DNA of 54,501 nucleotides from Synechococcus sp. (GTDB lineage Bacteria > Cyanobacteriota > Cyanobacteriia > Thermostichales > PCC-7336). The notes below the pieces were generated by a model. The model worked only from the letters and a program-made list of their open reading frames with translations. It searched no databases and had not been told where the DNA came from. The stretch is taken from the NCBI GenBank assembly GCA_051439605.1, contig JBFRWN010000069.1:1-54501 (forward strand), written 5' to 3'. Numbering within the stretch: position 1 is the first letter of the stretch; every line of letters begins with the position of its first letter. The position numbers and the translations under genes are program-made. Shown in pieces: positions 1 through 10,488 of the stretch.

Positions 1-925
1 TTTTCCACAGCTGTTCCAGCGGCAGGAGCTTCTCCCTCACCCAGGCCAACCAGAGAGGTTTGAACTTGCGCCTGCGGCCTTTCGGCTGCAGCACCTCCAC
101 TCGCAGAATGTCCATGGGGCGCTTGGGTGAGTTGCGAAAATGGTAGTTGTGCCAACGGCTGACCTTGACCCGGCCCAGCTTGGGGTCATCCACTTCGATG
201 CGTTCGTCCGCCACTGGCCAGGTTTCAGGGGCACTGAACTTGAATTTGCCTCCGTGTTTCGGGGGTCTTCCTCGTCCAGAGTAAGGCGGAGGAGCTCCCC
301 ACACACAGCGATTCCCTGCTAAGCGCAGCAGCAGATCTGCGTCGACCTCTGCGGTGGCGTTGACAAAGCGACCATTCCCATACCCCCGGTCATAAGCGAC
401 TAACGGACGCACTGGCAAATACCGACAGACTTGTTTGAGTTGAAAGGCTCCTTTACTCCCTGGCGTTTCAAAGCTGGTGATGCGCTCGTGCTGCAGGGGC
501 AGCGCCCAACTCCCTTCAGCCTCGGGAATCCACGCCAAAGTGCTGTAGCTTTGGCCCACACTGATGCTCCCACGGCTACCACGCCCAAAGGTTCGGTCTT
601 TCAACGTCTTGGCTTCGGGCCGAGGCCACAAGCTTGCGTCTCCTGCCAACAACGGTGCTCGTTCGCAAGGAATTTCAGCCAGCAACTGCTTCATCAACTT
701 CTTACGAGGCAGGCGAGCTCCTTTGAGGGCACTGTAGATGCTACCCCACTGACGGCGAAATAACGGACTCTGGGAAAGTCTGACTAACGAGGTGACCTCG
801 GACGTGGTCACTGCTGCATCCATTAGCTCAAACAGCACATCCTTGCCACGACCCAGTAGGTCGTAGATCGTTTGTCGAAACTGCTTCAGGCGTTGGAAAA
901 TCATAGAGGGCAGGTCCATTTGCAT
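1..925 (-). mobile_element. DDE-superfamily transposase (cyanobacterial DDE_5/IS701-like family), runs off the left edge of the window
   Basis: Manual translation of the minus strand gives an uninterrupted frame (ATG at 925, 919 or 904): MIFQRLKQFRQTIYDLLGRGKDVLFELMDA...LSQSPLFRRQWGSIYSAL...LLAGDASLWPRPEAKTLKDR...SWALPLQHERITSFETP...VAYDRGYG...PPPYSGRGRPRKHGGKFKF...FKPLWLAW. The GD and DRGYG acidic motifs and the GRGRPRKHG motif are typical of this family. It is absent from the ORF track because it has no stop within the window. Confidence 0.85.
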
Positions 926-1085
926 TCGTGACCTTGACCCTATGACAGTCGGTGCCATGCATCGACATTGTTTTTGACCGGTCGTTAGTTAAAACTCCAG
1001 TGAGATATCCTCAGCAACTTAACGATCGCGACCCTGCTGGACTTTACTCAAGTGCACCAACACAGTCAGTGCAAACGGTAGGCAC

Positions 1086-1115
1086 AAAAAAAAGGGTCGA
1101 GCGCTCGACCCTCTT
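1086..1115 (-). terminator. Rho-independent terminator of the ycf46-ycf35 operon
   Basis: Palindrome AGGGTCGAGCGCTCGACCCT (1093-1112) preceded by an A-tract (U-tract on the minus strand), ~35 nt downstream of the ycf35 stop. Confidence 0.75.
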
Positions 1116-1147
1116 AAAGAGGAACAAAGACGGACGGGAGTGCAGAA

Positions 1148-1501
1148 TTAGCTCTGAACCATGAGGCGCACGTTTGCATTTTGCAGGCCGGGGCGCTTTG
1201 CCTCCACCAAAGTCTTGTTCACAGCGTACTTTTGGTTAATTGAATTAATCAGTTCGGTTTGGTTGTGCTTTTTTGCAACGCCCCATAGATCGGCCACTAA
1301 ATCAAACGAGCCATCTTGGTTGCGCGACCAACCCAAATCATAATCCCCTTCCAGGCGAGCCACGATGTCGGCCCGAACCTGCTGGCCGTTGTAGCCCCGA
1401 ATATTGCCATCGGTAGCAACCGTCAACCCTAGATCCCGCAGGGATTGCTTGAGTACAACTTCATCGGTGATTTTGGTGCGCAGAGTGCTAAAGTGAGACA
1501 T
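1148..1501 (-). CDS. ycf35: DUF1257 family protein (Ycf35-like)
   Basis: MSHFSTLRTKITD...VRADIVA.LEG.YDLGWSRN.DGSFDL.ADLWGVAKKHNQTELINSINQKYA signature; lies downstream of ycf46. Confidence 0.9.
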   Translation of the reverse strand: MSHFSTLRTKITDEVVLKQSLRDLGLTVATDGNIRGYNGQQVRADIVARLEGDYDLGWSRNQDGSFDLVADLWGVAKKHNQTELINSINQKYAVNKTLVEAKRPGLQNANVRLMVQS

Positions 1502-1617
1502 GAGTTTCTCCTTAATAAGTCGTTACAAATGAAAGGGACCAGTCAAATTCATCAGAAGTGGAACGCTGTGAATTGAATGCTGTTCTGTCTGCAGTAACCT
1601 CCTTGGGTGAAACGTTG

Positions 1618-3129
1618 CTAGAACTCCAGCCTTTGATACTCGGCCACAGTTGCCGCTGCTGGCCGGGCTCGTTGCTGGGCCCATTCCCTCAATGCCGTTA
1701 CCTGCTCAGTCATTGTGCGAGATAGCGGTTGAGTTGCTTTGATTGCAGCTAAAACATCTAGTTGTGTCAGTTCGCGATGCTGGGCAAATGCCTCGTACAT
1801 AGCTGCAATTAAACCTTGTTCGATCTCTGCCCCCGAAAAACCATCGCTGGCGTAGGAGAGCTGAGATAACTCGAAACGCGACACCTCTTTCCTGCGCTTG
1901 TCGAGGTGAATGCGGAAAATATCCTCGCGCTCAGACTGATTCGGCAAATCTACAAAGAAAATTTCGTCAAACCGCCCTTTACGCAGAAATTCGCCGGGGA
2001 GCTTTTCCACCCGGTTGGCGGTAGCCATGACAAATACCGGAGACTGTTTCTCCTGCATCCAGGTTAAGAAGGAGGCAAAGATTCTGCTGGAGGTGCCTCC
2101 ATCAGAGTCGCCGGAACCCGCAACACCTCCAAATGCCTTATCCAATTCGTCAATAAAGAGAATGGCTGGGGAAATTGATTCAGCGGTCTTGAGAGCGCTA
2201 CGTAGGTTCGCTTCCGATTTACCCACTGTGGAACCGTCGTAGACGCGCCCCATATCCAGTCGCAATAGCGGAAGTCCCCAAAGACGTGCTGTAGTTTTGG
2301 CAATCAAAGATTTACCGCAGCCTGGAACCCCTAAGATCAACATACCTTTGGGTTGAGGCAAACCATAGTCCCTTGCACGTTCCGTAAATGCCTCAGACCG
2401 CTGCGTGAGCCAATACTTCAGGGCTTCCAGCCCCCCCACTGAATCAATTGTTTCGTCTTCTTCGATATATTCCAAGATGCCGTTACGGCGAATGAGCTGC
2501 TGCTTTTCAGACAAAACAACATCCACTTCAGATTCTGTCAGACGACCGCTAACCACCACTGCTTTGCGATAAACCTTCTTGGCCTCATCCAGCGTTAGGC
2601 CCAAAGCCGCTTTAACAAGCTTCTCGCGACTTTCCTCTGTACAGCCTAGATCGTGAGGTAAGGTCGCCATCTGGTCATCCAGAATCTCTCCTAGATCTTG
2701 CATGTCTGGCAGTGCAAAATCTACGACCGCAACATCTTTCTCCAGTTCTACGGGAATATTCTGCACGGGGGACATCAGAACAATTGTTTTATGGGTGTTC
2801 TGGAAACCAGCGATCGCATCTCTCAGCCAACGTTTCACATCTGTAGAATCCAGAAAATCGTGCAAATCTTTGAAGATATAGATGCCGGGTTCTTTGCGAT
2901 CCATCACCCATTGAATCGCTGGCTGCGGAGATTGGGTGCTGCTCTGGGTTAACGTCCGCGGCTGGCCATATTCCACAATGCCGTGAGTTACCGTCCACAA
3001 AAACACTTGCCGTTGAGGGGCCACAGAACGCGCAACTTCGGAGATCGCATCCTCTGCTCGCTCTTCCTCAGGGGTCACGAGGTAGATCAAGGGGTATTGG
3101 GCTTGTATGAGAACGTTTAGCTCTCTCAT
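1618..3129 (-). CDS. ycf46: Ycf46-family AAA+ ATPase
   Basis: Walker A GVPGCGKS, Walker B ILFIDELDK, SRH LRKGRFD; N-terminal YPLIYLVTPEEERAE and FKDLH motifs. Likely start is ATG 3129 (the track extends to a TTG at 3147). Confidence 0.92.
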   Translation of the reverse strand: MRELNVLIQAQYPLIYLVTPEEERAEDAISEVARSVAPQRQVFLWTVTHGIVEYGQPRTLTQSSTQSPQPAIQWVMDRKEPGIYIFKDLHDFLDSTDVKRWLRDAIAGFQNTHKTIVLMSPVQNIPVELEKDVAVVDFALPDMQDLGEILDDQMATLPHDLGCTEESREKLVKAALGLTLDEAKKVYRKAVVVSGRLTESEVDVVLSEKQQLIRRNGILEYIEEDETIDSVGGLEALKYWLTQRSEAFTERARDYGLPQPKGMLILGVPGCGKSLIAKTTARLWGLPLLRLDMGRVYDGSTVGKSEANLRSALKTAESISPAILFIDELDKAFGGVAGSGDSDGGTSSRIFASFLTWMQEKQSPVFVMATANRVEKLPGEFLRKGRFDEIFFVDLPNQSEREDIFRIHLDKRRKEVSRFELSQLSYASDGFSGAEIEQGLIAAMYEAFAQHRELTQLDVLAAIKATQPLSRTMTEQVTALREWAQQRARPAAATVAEYQRLEF

Positions 3130-3265
3130 AGCGAGCACCCAACTCAATACGGTGAAAAATGAACGGCTGGCAACAGTTAAACGAGGCTAACGCGGAGATT
3201 TAAACTTCAAATGTTTAGACTCCGCCTGGGGCAACCCAAAAACAAGCGCTGCTTTTTGACGGAAG

Positions 3266-3622
3266 TCAACAAGTTACTAGATCCGGTTGACCATCATCCT
3301 GCAACTCACCTGCTCGACGTCGAACGGCCTTTGCCATCTCAGAGTCATCCAAAACAGATACGTGCTGAGGAAGTAATTGAGGTAACCCTTGACGCATCAC
3401 GAAAGAAGCATCGCAGGCAGGACAGCTATGTACTTGATGGGCTTGACCCATTGCCCCCTCAACAACCTCTGGATGCTCCAGATAGAACTTGAGGGCTTTC
3501 TCGACAACCGACGACATTGACTCACATTCCACAGCCGCCTGGATTTTGGTGTGCTTGTGAAGTGTAGGTGATAGATAGAGGGTCACCTTATGTTTAGAGC
3601 CCGTCAGTTTGTTATCGGACAT
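3266..3622 (-). CDS. Conserved cyanobacterial protein (Slr0373-like): N-terminal ribbon-helix-helix-like motif and CPAC
   Basis: KVTLYLSPTLH...KIQAAV..ESMSSVVEKALKFYLEHPEVVE, then CPAC; first gene of the conserved slr0373-slr0374-slr0376-type operon. Confidence 0.75.
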   Translation of the reverse strand: MSDNKLTGSKHKVTLYLSPTLHKHTKIQAAVECESMSSVVEKALKFYLEHPEVVEGAMGQAHQVHSCPACDASFVMRQGLPQLLPQHVSVLDDSEMAKAVRRRAGELQDDGQPDLVTC

Positions 3623-3950
3623 AGCTGGGGTTCGATTCGGATAGGGAAGTTATTACAGTTGAATGTGCACCATGCTAGTGGCATCAACCGTTATGACGGC
3701 AGTTTGTTTACAAAAAGAAATAGTTGACATTGATGCGACTTAATAGCTGTGCGAGCAAAACAGCCGAGGGGGATCTATGTCTGGTCTAGTTGCAGGTTAA
3801 TGAAAGATCCTCAGAAGCTTGAAGGCTGCTAGAAATGCTTCGTGACTGATTTGAGAGGCATGATTGGGTGTGAAAATACCGGTTAGGGCAAACACCTAAC
3901 CCCATGGGCTAAAGTGAGTGAACGAATTGGCTGGAGCAGGAGTTAACAGG

Positions 3951-5036
3951 ATGGAAATACCTCAGCGTGGGCTTCCGGTCACCATCGTGACGGGATTTTT
4001 GGGGAGCGGGAAAACCACATTACTCAACCACATATTGTCAAACCAGCAGGGCATGCGGACTGCCGTCCTTGTGAATGAGTTTGGCGAAATCGGGATTGAC
4101 TCCGAACTCATCGTCTCTTCCGAAGAAGACATGGTGGAGTTGAACAACGGTTGCATGTGTTGTACGGTGCGCGGAGATATCGCCGAAAGTGTTTTTCGTC
4201 TGATGGAGCGATCGAGCGAATCCGACAAGCCAATTGATTATCTCGTTGTCGAAACCACCGGTCTGGCAGATCCCTTACCGGTTGCCCTCACCTTTTTGAG
4301 TCCAGAGCTGAAAGACTTCACCCGCCTAGACTCAATTGTCACGATGGTGGATGCCAGCAATTTCGCCCCTGACCTGTTTGATAGCGACGTAGCCCACAGT
4401 CAAATTGCCTATGGTGACGTGATTGTCTTAAACAAGACCGACCTCGTTGGGGGGGATGACCTCAAGCGTCTAGAAAAAAGGATTAAGACGATCAAAAATG
4501 AGGCCCGCATTCTGAAAACACAGCAGAGTGAAGTGCCTCTGGAACTAGTTTTAGATACAGCACTATTCGAGTCAGATTTGTTACCCGCTGATGAATCGAG
4601 TCATCAGGAGCATGATCGCGAGCATCACGACCACGAGCATCACGGCCACGAGCATCACGGCCACGAGCATCATGACCACGAGCATCATGACCACGGACAC
4701 AGCCATTCCCACTTAGAAGAAGAAGGCTTCAATTCCGTATCTTTTGAGAGCGATCGCCCCATGAGTCTGGAGTGCTTTCAAAATTTCTTGAACGACTTGC
4801 CAGAGGGGATTTTTCGTGCGAAGGGCATGCTTTGGTTTGATGAAAGCCCTGACCGCCATATCTTCCACCTCTGCGGCAGCCGTTACACCGTCAACAGCGA
4901 TCCCTGGCCCGAAGGCAAGTCGCCAAAAAACCAGTTGGTCCTCATTGGTCAAGAGCTAAAGACTGGCAAGTTGCTTAAGCAGCTGGAGCACTGCGTTGAA
5001 AAACCTGCAGCTAAACCCACAGGGTTCGGCCGGTAG
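3951..5036 (+). CDS. CobW/COG0523 family G3E GTPase metallochaperone
   Basis: GFLGSGKTT, NEFGEIGID, GCMCC, ETTGLADP and NKTD motifs, a His-rich linker, and a CobW_C domain (FRAKG). Likely start ATG 3951. Confidence 0.92.
   Translation: MEIPQRGLPVTIVTGFLGSGKTTLLNHILSNQQGMRTAVLVNEFGEIGIDSELIVSSEEDMVELNNGCMCCTVRGDIAESVFRLMERSSESDKPIDYLVVETTGLADPLPVALTFLSPELKDFTRLDSIVTMVDASNFAPDLFDSDVAHSQIAYGDVIVLNKTDLVGGDDLKRLEKRIKTIKNEARILKTQQSEVPLELVLDTALFESDLLPADESSHQEHDREHHDHEHHGHEHHGHEHHDHEHHDHGHSHSHLEEEGFNSVSFESDRPMSLECFQNFLNDLPEGIFRAKGMLWFDESPDRHIFHLCGSRYTVNSDPWPEGKSPKNQLVLIGQELKTGKLLKQLEHCVEKPAAKPTGFGR
4620..4694 (+). repeat. 5 x 15-bp coding tandem repeat (EHH[D/G]H)
   Basis: GAGCATCA(C/T)G(A/G)CCAC repeated five times inside the CobW gene. 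Confidence 0.9.
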
Positions 5037-5061
5037 AAACCACAGTAGAGACGATCCACTC

Positions 5062-5096
5062 AGCCTGTGGGAGAAAAACTCCACAGGCTCTTTTTT
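5062..5096 (+). terminator. Rho-independent terminator after the CobW gene
   Basis: AGCCTGTGG(G)AG-AAAAA-CTCCACAGGCT hairpin followed by T6. Confidence 0.8.
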
Positions 5097-5292
5097 AGGT
5101 TCTGGTTGACTTTGTCTTCTGCTATTTTGTACTTTCAGCCAGCTATTGGTGGAAAACGATGTTTTCTACGACTCAGGGTGACAAGATACTCCGGGACTCG
5201 CTGTACAAGTGTTTGTTCTCCACGTTTAATAGGTGCACGGTTTAAATCCTCAAGCAGTACCCAATATTCGGTGATAGGCCAGCGTCAACATC

Positions 5293-5709
5293 ATGACCAA
5301 TGACCATAAACGCTTCTTCATTTGTGGCTCTGCCCTACGTGGACAGCCAGATCACCAAAACCTTCAGGGAGCAAAATTTGTCGGTGAGACGAAAACGCTG
5401 CCCAACTATCGCTTGCATGCAGTCAAAGATGGCTGGCATCCAGGCCTTTACGAAGTTGAAAGTGGAGGAATTGCTATCCCCGGTGAAATTTATGAAATGA
5501 CACGCGAACAGTACGAGTATTTGCTGGCCAACGAGCCTCCTGACATGTACGAATCTCCCGTTACCCTCGAGGGTGGAGAACAGGTTTCAGCCATGCTGTA
5601 TCCCCAAGCCTTGATTGAAAAGGGTGGTTATCCGGATATTTCACATTATGGTGGCTGGGCCGCATACAAGGCAGCAGTTACTGGAACCCATGGGGATGTC
5701 ACTGGATGA
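5293..5709 (+). CDS. Gamma-glutamylcyclotransferase-like protein (allophanate hydrolase C-terminal-like)
   Basis: FFICGSALRGQPDH, T.PNYRL, IPGEIYE and DISHYGGWAAY motifs. Confidence 0.75.
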   Translation: MTNDHKRFFICGSALRGQPDHQNLQGAKFVGETKTLPNYRLHAVKDGWHPGLYEVESGGIAIPGEIYEMTREQYEYLLANEPPDMYESPVTLEGGEQVSAMLYPQALIEKGGYPDISHYGGWAAYKAAVTGTHGDVTG

Positions 5710-5978
5710 TGATGATGGGCAAGCCGACGAGGGGGGGCGAAGTAGCCTGATGGATTCTCAGCGATTCCGCAGCTACATCTGCTCCACCGATCGTCTCGTA
5801 GCCCAGGTCAAATCAGCTGCACTTCATGGCTGGCACAACTTTGCCTTGCTATGGCGAACACTGGCATGCCGTGATAAACATAAGGTCGGCATAATTTTGA
5901 TTGCCACGCGATAGTTAATATCGGAACTCTCCAACGGTGAGATTCCGAAGCTCCCCAGCATTCATTCAAGAAGCCATC

Positions 5979-7664
5979 ATGCCTGAGAACCGCAGAAGCC
6001 GCGCCATTACCGAAGGAATACAGCGATCGCCCAACCGGGCCATGCTGAGAGCGGTCGGGTTTAAGGACGAAGATTTCACCAAACCCATTGTGGGCCTTGC
6101 TAACGGTTACAGCACCATTACCCCCTGCAACATGGGCATTAACACCCTGGCATTGCGGGCGGAAGAGGGGCTGAGAAATGCGGGTGCTATGCCGCAGATG
6201 TTCGGCACCATCACCATCAGCGATGGTATTTCGATGGGCACCGAGGGGATGAAATATTCCTTGGTGTCTCGCGAAGTGATTGCCGACTCGATCGAAACCG
6301 TTTGTGGCGGCCAAAGCCTCGACGCCGTTCTTGCCATTGGTGGTTGTGACAAAAACATGCCAGGGGCCATGCTGGCAATCGCCCGCCTGAATATACCGGC
6401 CATCTTTGTTTATGGCGGCACGATTAAGCCCGGAAACCTGCGCGGCTGCGACCTGACGGTGGTTAGCTCCTTCGAGGCGGTGGGGGAATATAGCGCTGGC
6501 AAGATTGACGAAGACGAACTGATGGAGGTAGAGCGCAACGCCTGCCCTGGTGCTGGCTCCTGCGGTGGCATGTACACGGCGAATACGATGTCTTCTGCTT
6601 TTGAGGCTATGGGGATGAGCCTGCCCTACTCTTCCACAATGGCGGCGGAAGATGAAGAGAAGGCAGAAAGTGCCGAAAAGTCTGCGTTTGTCTTGATGGA
6701 AGCCATCAAGAAACAAATTTTGCCCAAGCAAATCTTGACTCGAAAAGCCTTTGAAAACGCCATCTCCGTCATTATGGCGGTGGGGGGCTCCACCAACTCC
6801 GTGCTGCACCTGCTGGCGATCGCCAACGCCATTGGCGTGCCCCTAACCATCGATGACTTTGAAACCATTCGCGGCCGCGTCCCCGTCCTGTGCGATCTGA
6901 AGCCCTCCGGTCGCTACGTAGCCACTGACCTGCACAAAGCAGGGGGGATTCCGCAAGTGATGAAAATGCTGTTGGATCGCGGTCTGCTGCACGGAGATGC
7001 CTTGACCATCAGCGGTCAAACCATTGCGGAAGTGCTGGCAGATATTCCCTCCGCCCCCTCTCCAGACCAGGATGTGATTCGCCCTTGGGGTAACCCGATG
7101 TACCCGCAAGGTCACCTGGCCATCCTGAAAGGTAACCTCGCATCTGAAGGCTCCGTCGCCAAAATTTCTGGCGTGAAAACCCCCAAAATGACTGGCCCTG
7201 CGCGTGTTTTCAACTCTGAAGAAGACTGTTTGGAAGCCATCCTAGCAGGCAAGATTGTAGCGGGAGATGTCATCGTCGTGCGTTATGAAGGACCTAAAGG
7301 GGGGCCAGGTATGCGGGAAATGCTGGCTCCCACCTCTGCTATCATCGGCGCTGGTTTGGGCGACTCGGTGGGTTTAATTACCGACGGTCGTTTTTCGGGT
7401 GGCACCTACGGTTTGGTGGTGGGTCACGTGGCCCCCGAGGCGGCGGTCGGTGGCATCATCGGACTGGTAGAAGATGGGGATAGGATTACGATCGATGCCA
7501 GCCAGCGCCTTTTGCAGCTGGAAGTAGACGAGGCCGAGCTCAAGAAGCGGCGTGCCAACTGGAGCCCCCCCGAACCTCTCTACACCCGGGGTACGCTGGC
7601 TAAGTACGCCAAGCTAGTCTCCTCTAGCAGCCTAGGGGCAGTAACGGATTTAAACTTGGTCTAG
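5979..7664 (+). CDS. ilvD: Dihydroxy-acid dehydratase
   Basis: [52 protein letters not shown] and GHVAPEA motifs. Likely start ATG 5979. Confidence 0.97.
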   Translation: MPENRRSRAITEGIQRSPNRAMLRAVGFKDEDFTKPIVGLANGYSTITPCNMGINTLALRAEEGLRNAGAMPQMFGTITISDGISMGTEGMKYSLVSREVIADSIETVCGGQSLDAVLAIGGCDKNMPGAMLAIARLNIPAIFVYGGTIKPGNLRGCDLTVVSSFEAVGEYSAGKIDEDELMEVERNACPGAGSCGGMYTANTMSSAFEAMGMSLPYSSTMAAEDEEKAESAEKSAFVLMEAIKKQILPKQILTRKAFENAISVIMAVGGSTNSVLHLLAIANAIGVPLTIDDFETIRGRVPVLCDLKPSGRYVATDLHKAGGIPQVMKMLLDRGLLHGDALTISGQTIAEVLADIPSAPSPDQDVIRPWGNPMYPQGHLAILKGNLASEGSVAKISGVKTPKMTGPARVFNSEEDCLEAILAGKIVAGDVIVVRYEGPKGGPGMREMLAPTSAIIGAGLGDSVGLITDGRFSGGTYGLVVGHVAPEAAVGGIIGLVEDGDRITIDASQRLLQLEVDEAELKKRRANWSPPEPLYTRGTLAKYAKLVSSSSLGAVTDLNLV

Positions 7665-7773
7665 CGATCGGTTTCAGGCCATCTTCTTCTCGTAGCCTAG
7701 GACAGAGCCCTTTATCCGAAACCGCGGTATAGGGGGCTATTTATTTTTCTCAAAGAGACTGATGACTTGTGGG

Positions 7774-8067
7774 TCAGTCCCCTGTCTCGAGCAATTGAGG
7801 CACTTTGAAGAAATCATTTTCTCGCTCGGGAGCGTTGCTTAAAATCTCTTCCCGATCGCCAAAGACTTTGGCTTCATCCGCGCGCAACGAGGCGGGAATA
7901 TCCAGAGCGTGCATCGTTGGGGGCACGTCCTCCGTATCCAGCTCCCCCAGCTGCTCAACATAGGACAAAATATCCACCAGCTCTTTTGTGAGCTGGGTTT
8001 CCTCTTCTTCCGTCAATTCCAGGCGAGCCAGACGAGCTACATGCCGGACTTGTTCGCGATCGATCAT
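7774..8067 (-). CDS. gatC: Asp/Glu-tRNA amidotransferase subunit C
   Basis: MIDREQVRHVARLARLEL...ILSYVEQL.ELDT.DVPPT...NAPE....FFKVP. Confidence 0.95.
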   Translation of the reverse strand: MIDREQVRHVARLARLELTEEEETQLTKELVDILSYVEQLGELDTEDVPPTMHALDIPASLRADEAKVFGDREEILSNAPERENDFFKVPQLLETGD

Positions 8068-8124
8068 TCCTTCAATCCAGGTTAAGCAGATCTAGTAATA
8101 GCAAAAGTTGAGGCAGTCAGTCAG

Positions 8125-8649
8125 TTAGATGAGTGCATCAATGTTTGCGCGACCGGTCATTTTCAGCCAGTTCTGAGCCTCAATGTAGTTCCCTGGAGCA
8201 ATGCGAATGGCCTTCACCCAATATTCTGCTGCTCGATCGAACAGGGTTTCCCCCTCTTCTTCATTCCCAGCTTCTTTGGCCATGTCCCCCTGATAGTGCA
8301 GCAGTACTGCAATATTGTTTAAGGCCGAGCAATTCCGAGGGTTAAGGTCTACAGATTCTTGGTAGTGGCCCAATGCCTCTTCTAGGTTGCCGTTACTCTG
8401 TTCGATCAGACCCATGTTGTAGTATACGTAGCTGCGATCGATGGGGTTCTCTTCTAGCGTTAACGCCTCTTTGTAGTTATCCATCGCCTCGGCATAGTCA
8501 CCGTCAGCTTGGGCGCTCATCCCATCGCGGTAGTAAACAAATGCTTTTTTCTCGTCGCGATCGACCCCAGGCAGCATTTTAAGGATCATGTCTGCCATGA
8601 CCGTGAAACTCTTGTCGATAAAGTTGTCGTTTCGCATGCTGCGAGGCAT
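8125..8649 (-). CDS. ycf3: Photosystem I assembly protein Ycf3
   Basis: [20 protein letters not shown]...YYRDGMSAQ...[15 protein letters not shown] motifs; conserved adjacency to gatC. Confidence 0.97.
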   Translation of the reverse strand: MPRSMRNDNFIDKSFTVMADMILKMLPGVDRDEKKAFVYYRDGMSAQADGDYAEAMDNYKEALTLEENPIDRSYVYYNMGLIEQSNGNLEEALGHYQESVDLNPRNCSALNNIAVLLHYQGDMAKEAGNEEEGETLFDRAAEYWVKAIRIAPGNYIEAQNWLKMTGRANIDALI

Positions 8650-8838
8650 GGCAATCGTCTCCGCAAGGTATTGGCTGACTTAATTAATGTAGCGTCGTTT
8701 TGCTGTACGACGCGTCACGTAAACATCTGCAACGTTTTGGGCGATGGGCGAGCAAGAGGCCCCCTTAAGAAATGGACATTGATGCTTTCACAGGTAACCA
8801 GCCCATTCTCCAAACGCTACAATCCTGCAAATAGCTTG

Positions 8839-10488
8839 TTAGCAAACAACTTTGTTCGCCATTCTCAACGCCTCCACCCGTGTTCTCACCCGATGCTTTG
8901 CCGGGAATCGATTGAAGATATTCAGGCGCGCCAGCCGTTTTTCCACATCTCCTCTGGCCCCCACAAGAAATACTCGCCGATTTCTGGAGACCGCTTCTTT
9001 GACCATATTTTCAATCGCCAACGATGCCGTCACACCAATCAGGGGCACGTCACTGACATCCAAAATCAACACATCGTAATTACCCACAATCGCCAGTCGC
9101 CGTGAAATCGTCTTGGCGGCCCCAAAACTCATGGGTCCCCCTAAACTAAACAGCAGGATGCGCCCATCTGCTTGGGCAAGCAACTCTTTTTCTTCAAAAT
9201 CCAGCGAATCATCTTCATCCGGCTGTTTAATCGCCTTCACCTGCGAGCTCAGCACTTCCGTTTGACGCTGCAGGGTGAGGAGATTGGCCACAAACATGCC
9301 AATGGCCACTGCCGTGATCAGGTCAACAAACACTGTCAACAGCATCACGCCGTACATTAACCCAGCTGCTCGGATAGAAATCTTGTGGGCGCGCTTGAGA
9401 AAGCCCCAATCGATGATGTCGATGCCGACCTTGATGAGAATGCCCGCCAGTACCGCATGGGGAATTTGAGCGGTCACCTCTCCAGCCCCAAACAGCACAA
9501 TGGCAAGAGTGACTGCATGAATCATGCCAGACAGCGAGCTTCTGCCCCCGGACTGGACGTTGATGACCGTCCGCATCGTTGCCCCTGCCCCGGGTAGGCC
9601 ACCAAACAAACCCGAGATTGTATTGCCGATGCCCTGACCGATGAGTTCGCGATCCGAGTCGTGCTCGGTACGAGTAATGTTGTCCGCCACAATCGATGTC
9701 AGCAACGAGTCGATTGAGCCTAATGTGGCCAACATCAAGCTATAGCCTAGAGTGGACGGCAGATTTCCCCAATCCAAACGCGGAAGTTGTAGTTGTGGCA
9801 GCCCGCTGGGAATATCACCAATCAGTGGAACGTTACTGTCGGGAAACATAACGGTAGCCACCATTGACAGTGACGTGCACAGGATTAGGGCAGTAAGGGG
9901 GGCTGGTAAAAAACGATTTAGTCTGCGGGGATACCAAACAAGGATCGCCAATGTCAGTAAACCGAGGGCAGCCGCCACTGGCTTGATATCCTGAATGACC
10001 TCTTGGTAATTCTGAACCGACGCAACCACGCCACCGACACTGGGGTGCCCCAGCAGGGGGGCAATTTGCAACAGGATAATAATGACCCCAATGCCGGACA
10101 TAAACCCCGAAACCACGGTGTAAGGGATCAGTGTGATGTATTTCCCCAGCCGCAACAGCCCGAAGAGGATTTGAAACAATCCCCCCAAGATCACAATGGT
10201 GAAGGCTAGGGCCAAGCCGCCTTCTGGGTTATTGGCTACTACCCAGCCAAAAATAGTGGCCATCACCACGCTCATGGGGCCGGTGGGACCCGAGATCTGG
10301 GCGGGAGTCCCCCCAAACAAGGCAGCGAAAAAGCCAACAATGATGGCACCGTACAGACCGGCGATCGCTCCTCCTCCAGAGGAGACACCAAAGGCTAACG
10401 CGAGGGGGAGGGCGACAATGGCGGCGGTCAATCCTCCAAAAAAATCACCCGACAAATTATCAAATCGCAAAGCTTGCGCGAGTTTCAT
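8839..10488 (-). CDS. SulP/SLC26 family anion (bicarbonate/sulfate) transporter with STAS domain
   Basis: GDFFGGLTAAIVALPLALAFG, ISGPTGPM, ELIGQGIGN, GAGATMRT and a C-terminal STAS domain. ISGPTGP rather than ISEPTGP suggests the BicA paralogue, not BicA itself. Confidence 0.92.
   Translation of the reverse strand: MKLAQALRFDNLSGDFFGGLTAAIVALPLALAFGVSSGGGAIAGLYGAIIVGFFAALFGGTPAQISGPTGPMSVVMATIFGWVVANNPEGGLALAFTIVILGGLFQILFGLLRLGKYITLIPYTVVSGFMSGIGVIIILLQIAPLLGHPSVGGVVASVQNYQEVIQDIKPVAAALGLLTLAILVWYPRRLNRFLPAPLTALILCTSLSMVATVMFPDSNVPLIGDIPSGLPQLQLPRLDWGNLPSTLGYSLMLATLGSIDSLLTSIVADNITRTEHDSDRELIGQGIGNTISGLFGGLPGAGATMRTVINVQSGGRSSLSGMIHAVTLAIVLFGAGEVTAQIPHAVLAGILIKVGIDIIDWGFLKRAHKISIRAAGLMYGVMLLTVFVDLITAVAIGMFVANLLTLQRQTEVLSSQVKAIKQPDEDDSLDFEEKELLAQADGRILLFSLGGPMSFGAAKTISRRLAIVGNYDVLILDVSDVPLIGVTASLAIENMVKEAVSRNRRVFLVGARGDVEKRLARLNIFNRFPAKHRVRTRVEALRMANKVVC

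Noticed and set aside
37..763. Short ORFs 37-306, 140-322, 400-588 and 431-763
   Set aside because: Alternative-frame or antisense shadows of the minus-strand transposase.
5097..5292. Possible guanidine riboswitch upstream of the allophanate-hydrolase-like gene
   Set aside because: No match by eye to ykkC class I, II or III conserved motifs; an Rfam scan would settle it.
5808..6809. 333-aa ORF antisense to ilvD
   Set aside because: Mirror-frame ORF of a highly conserved gene; no recognisable motifs.
8839..10488. Calling the SulP transporter bicA
   Set aside because: It has ISGPTGP rather than the ISEPTGP I associate with BicA proper; substrate cannot be assigned from sequence.
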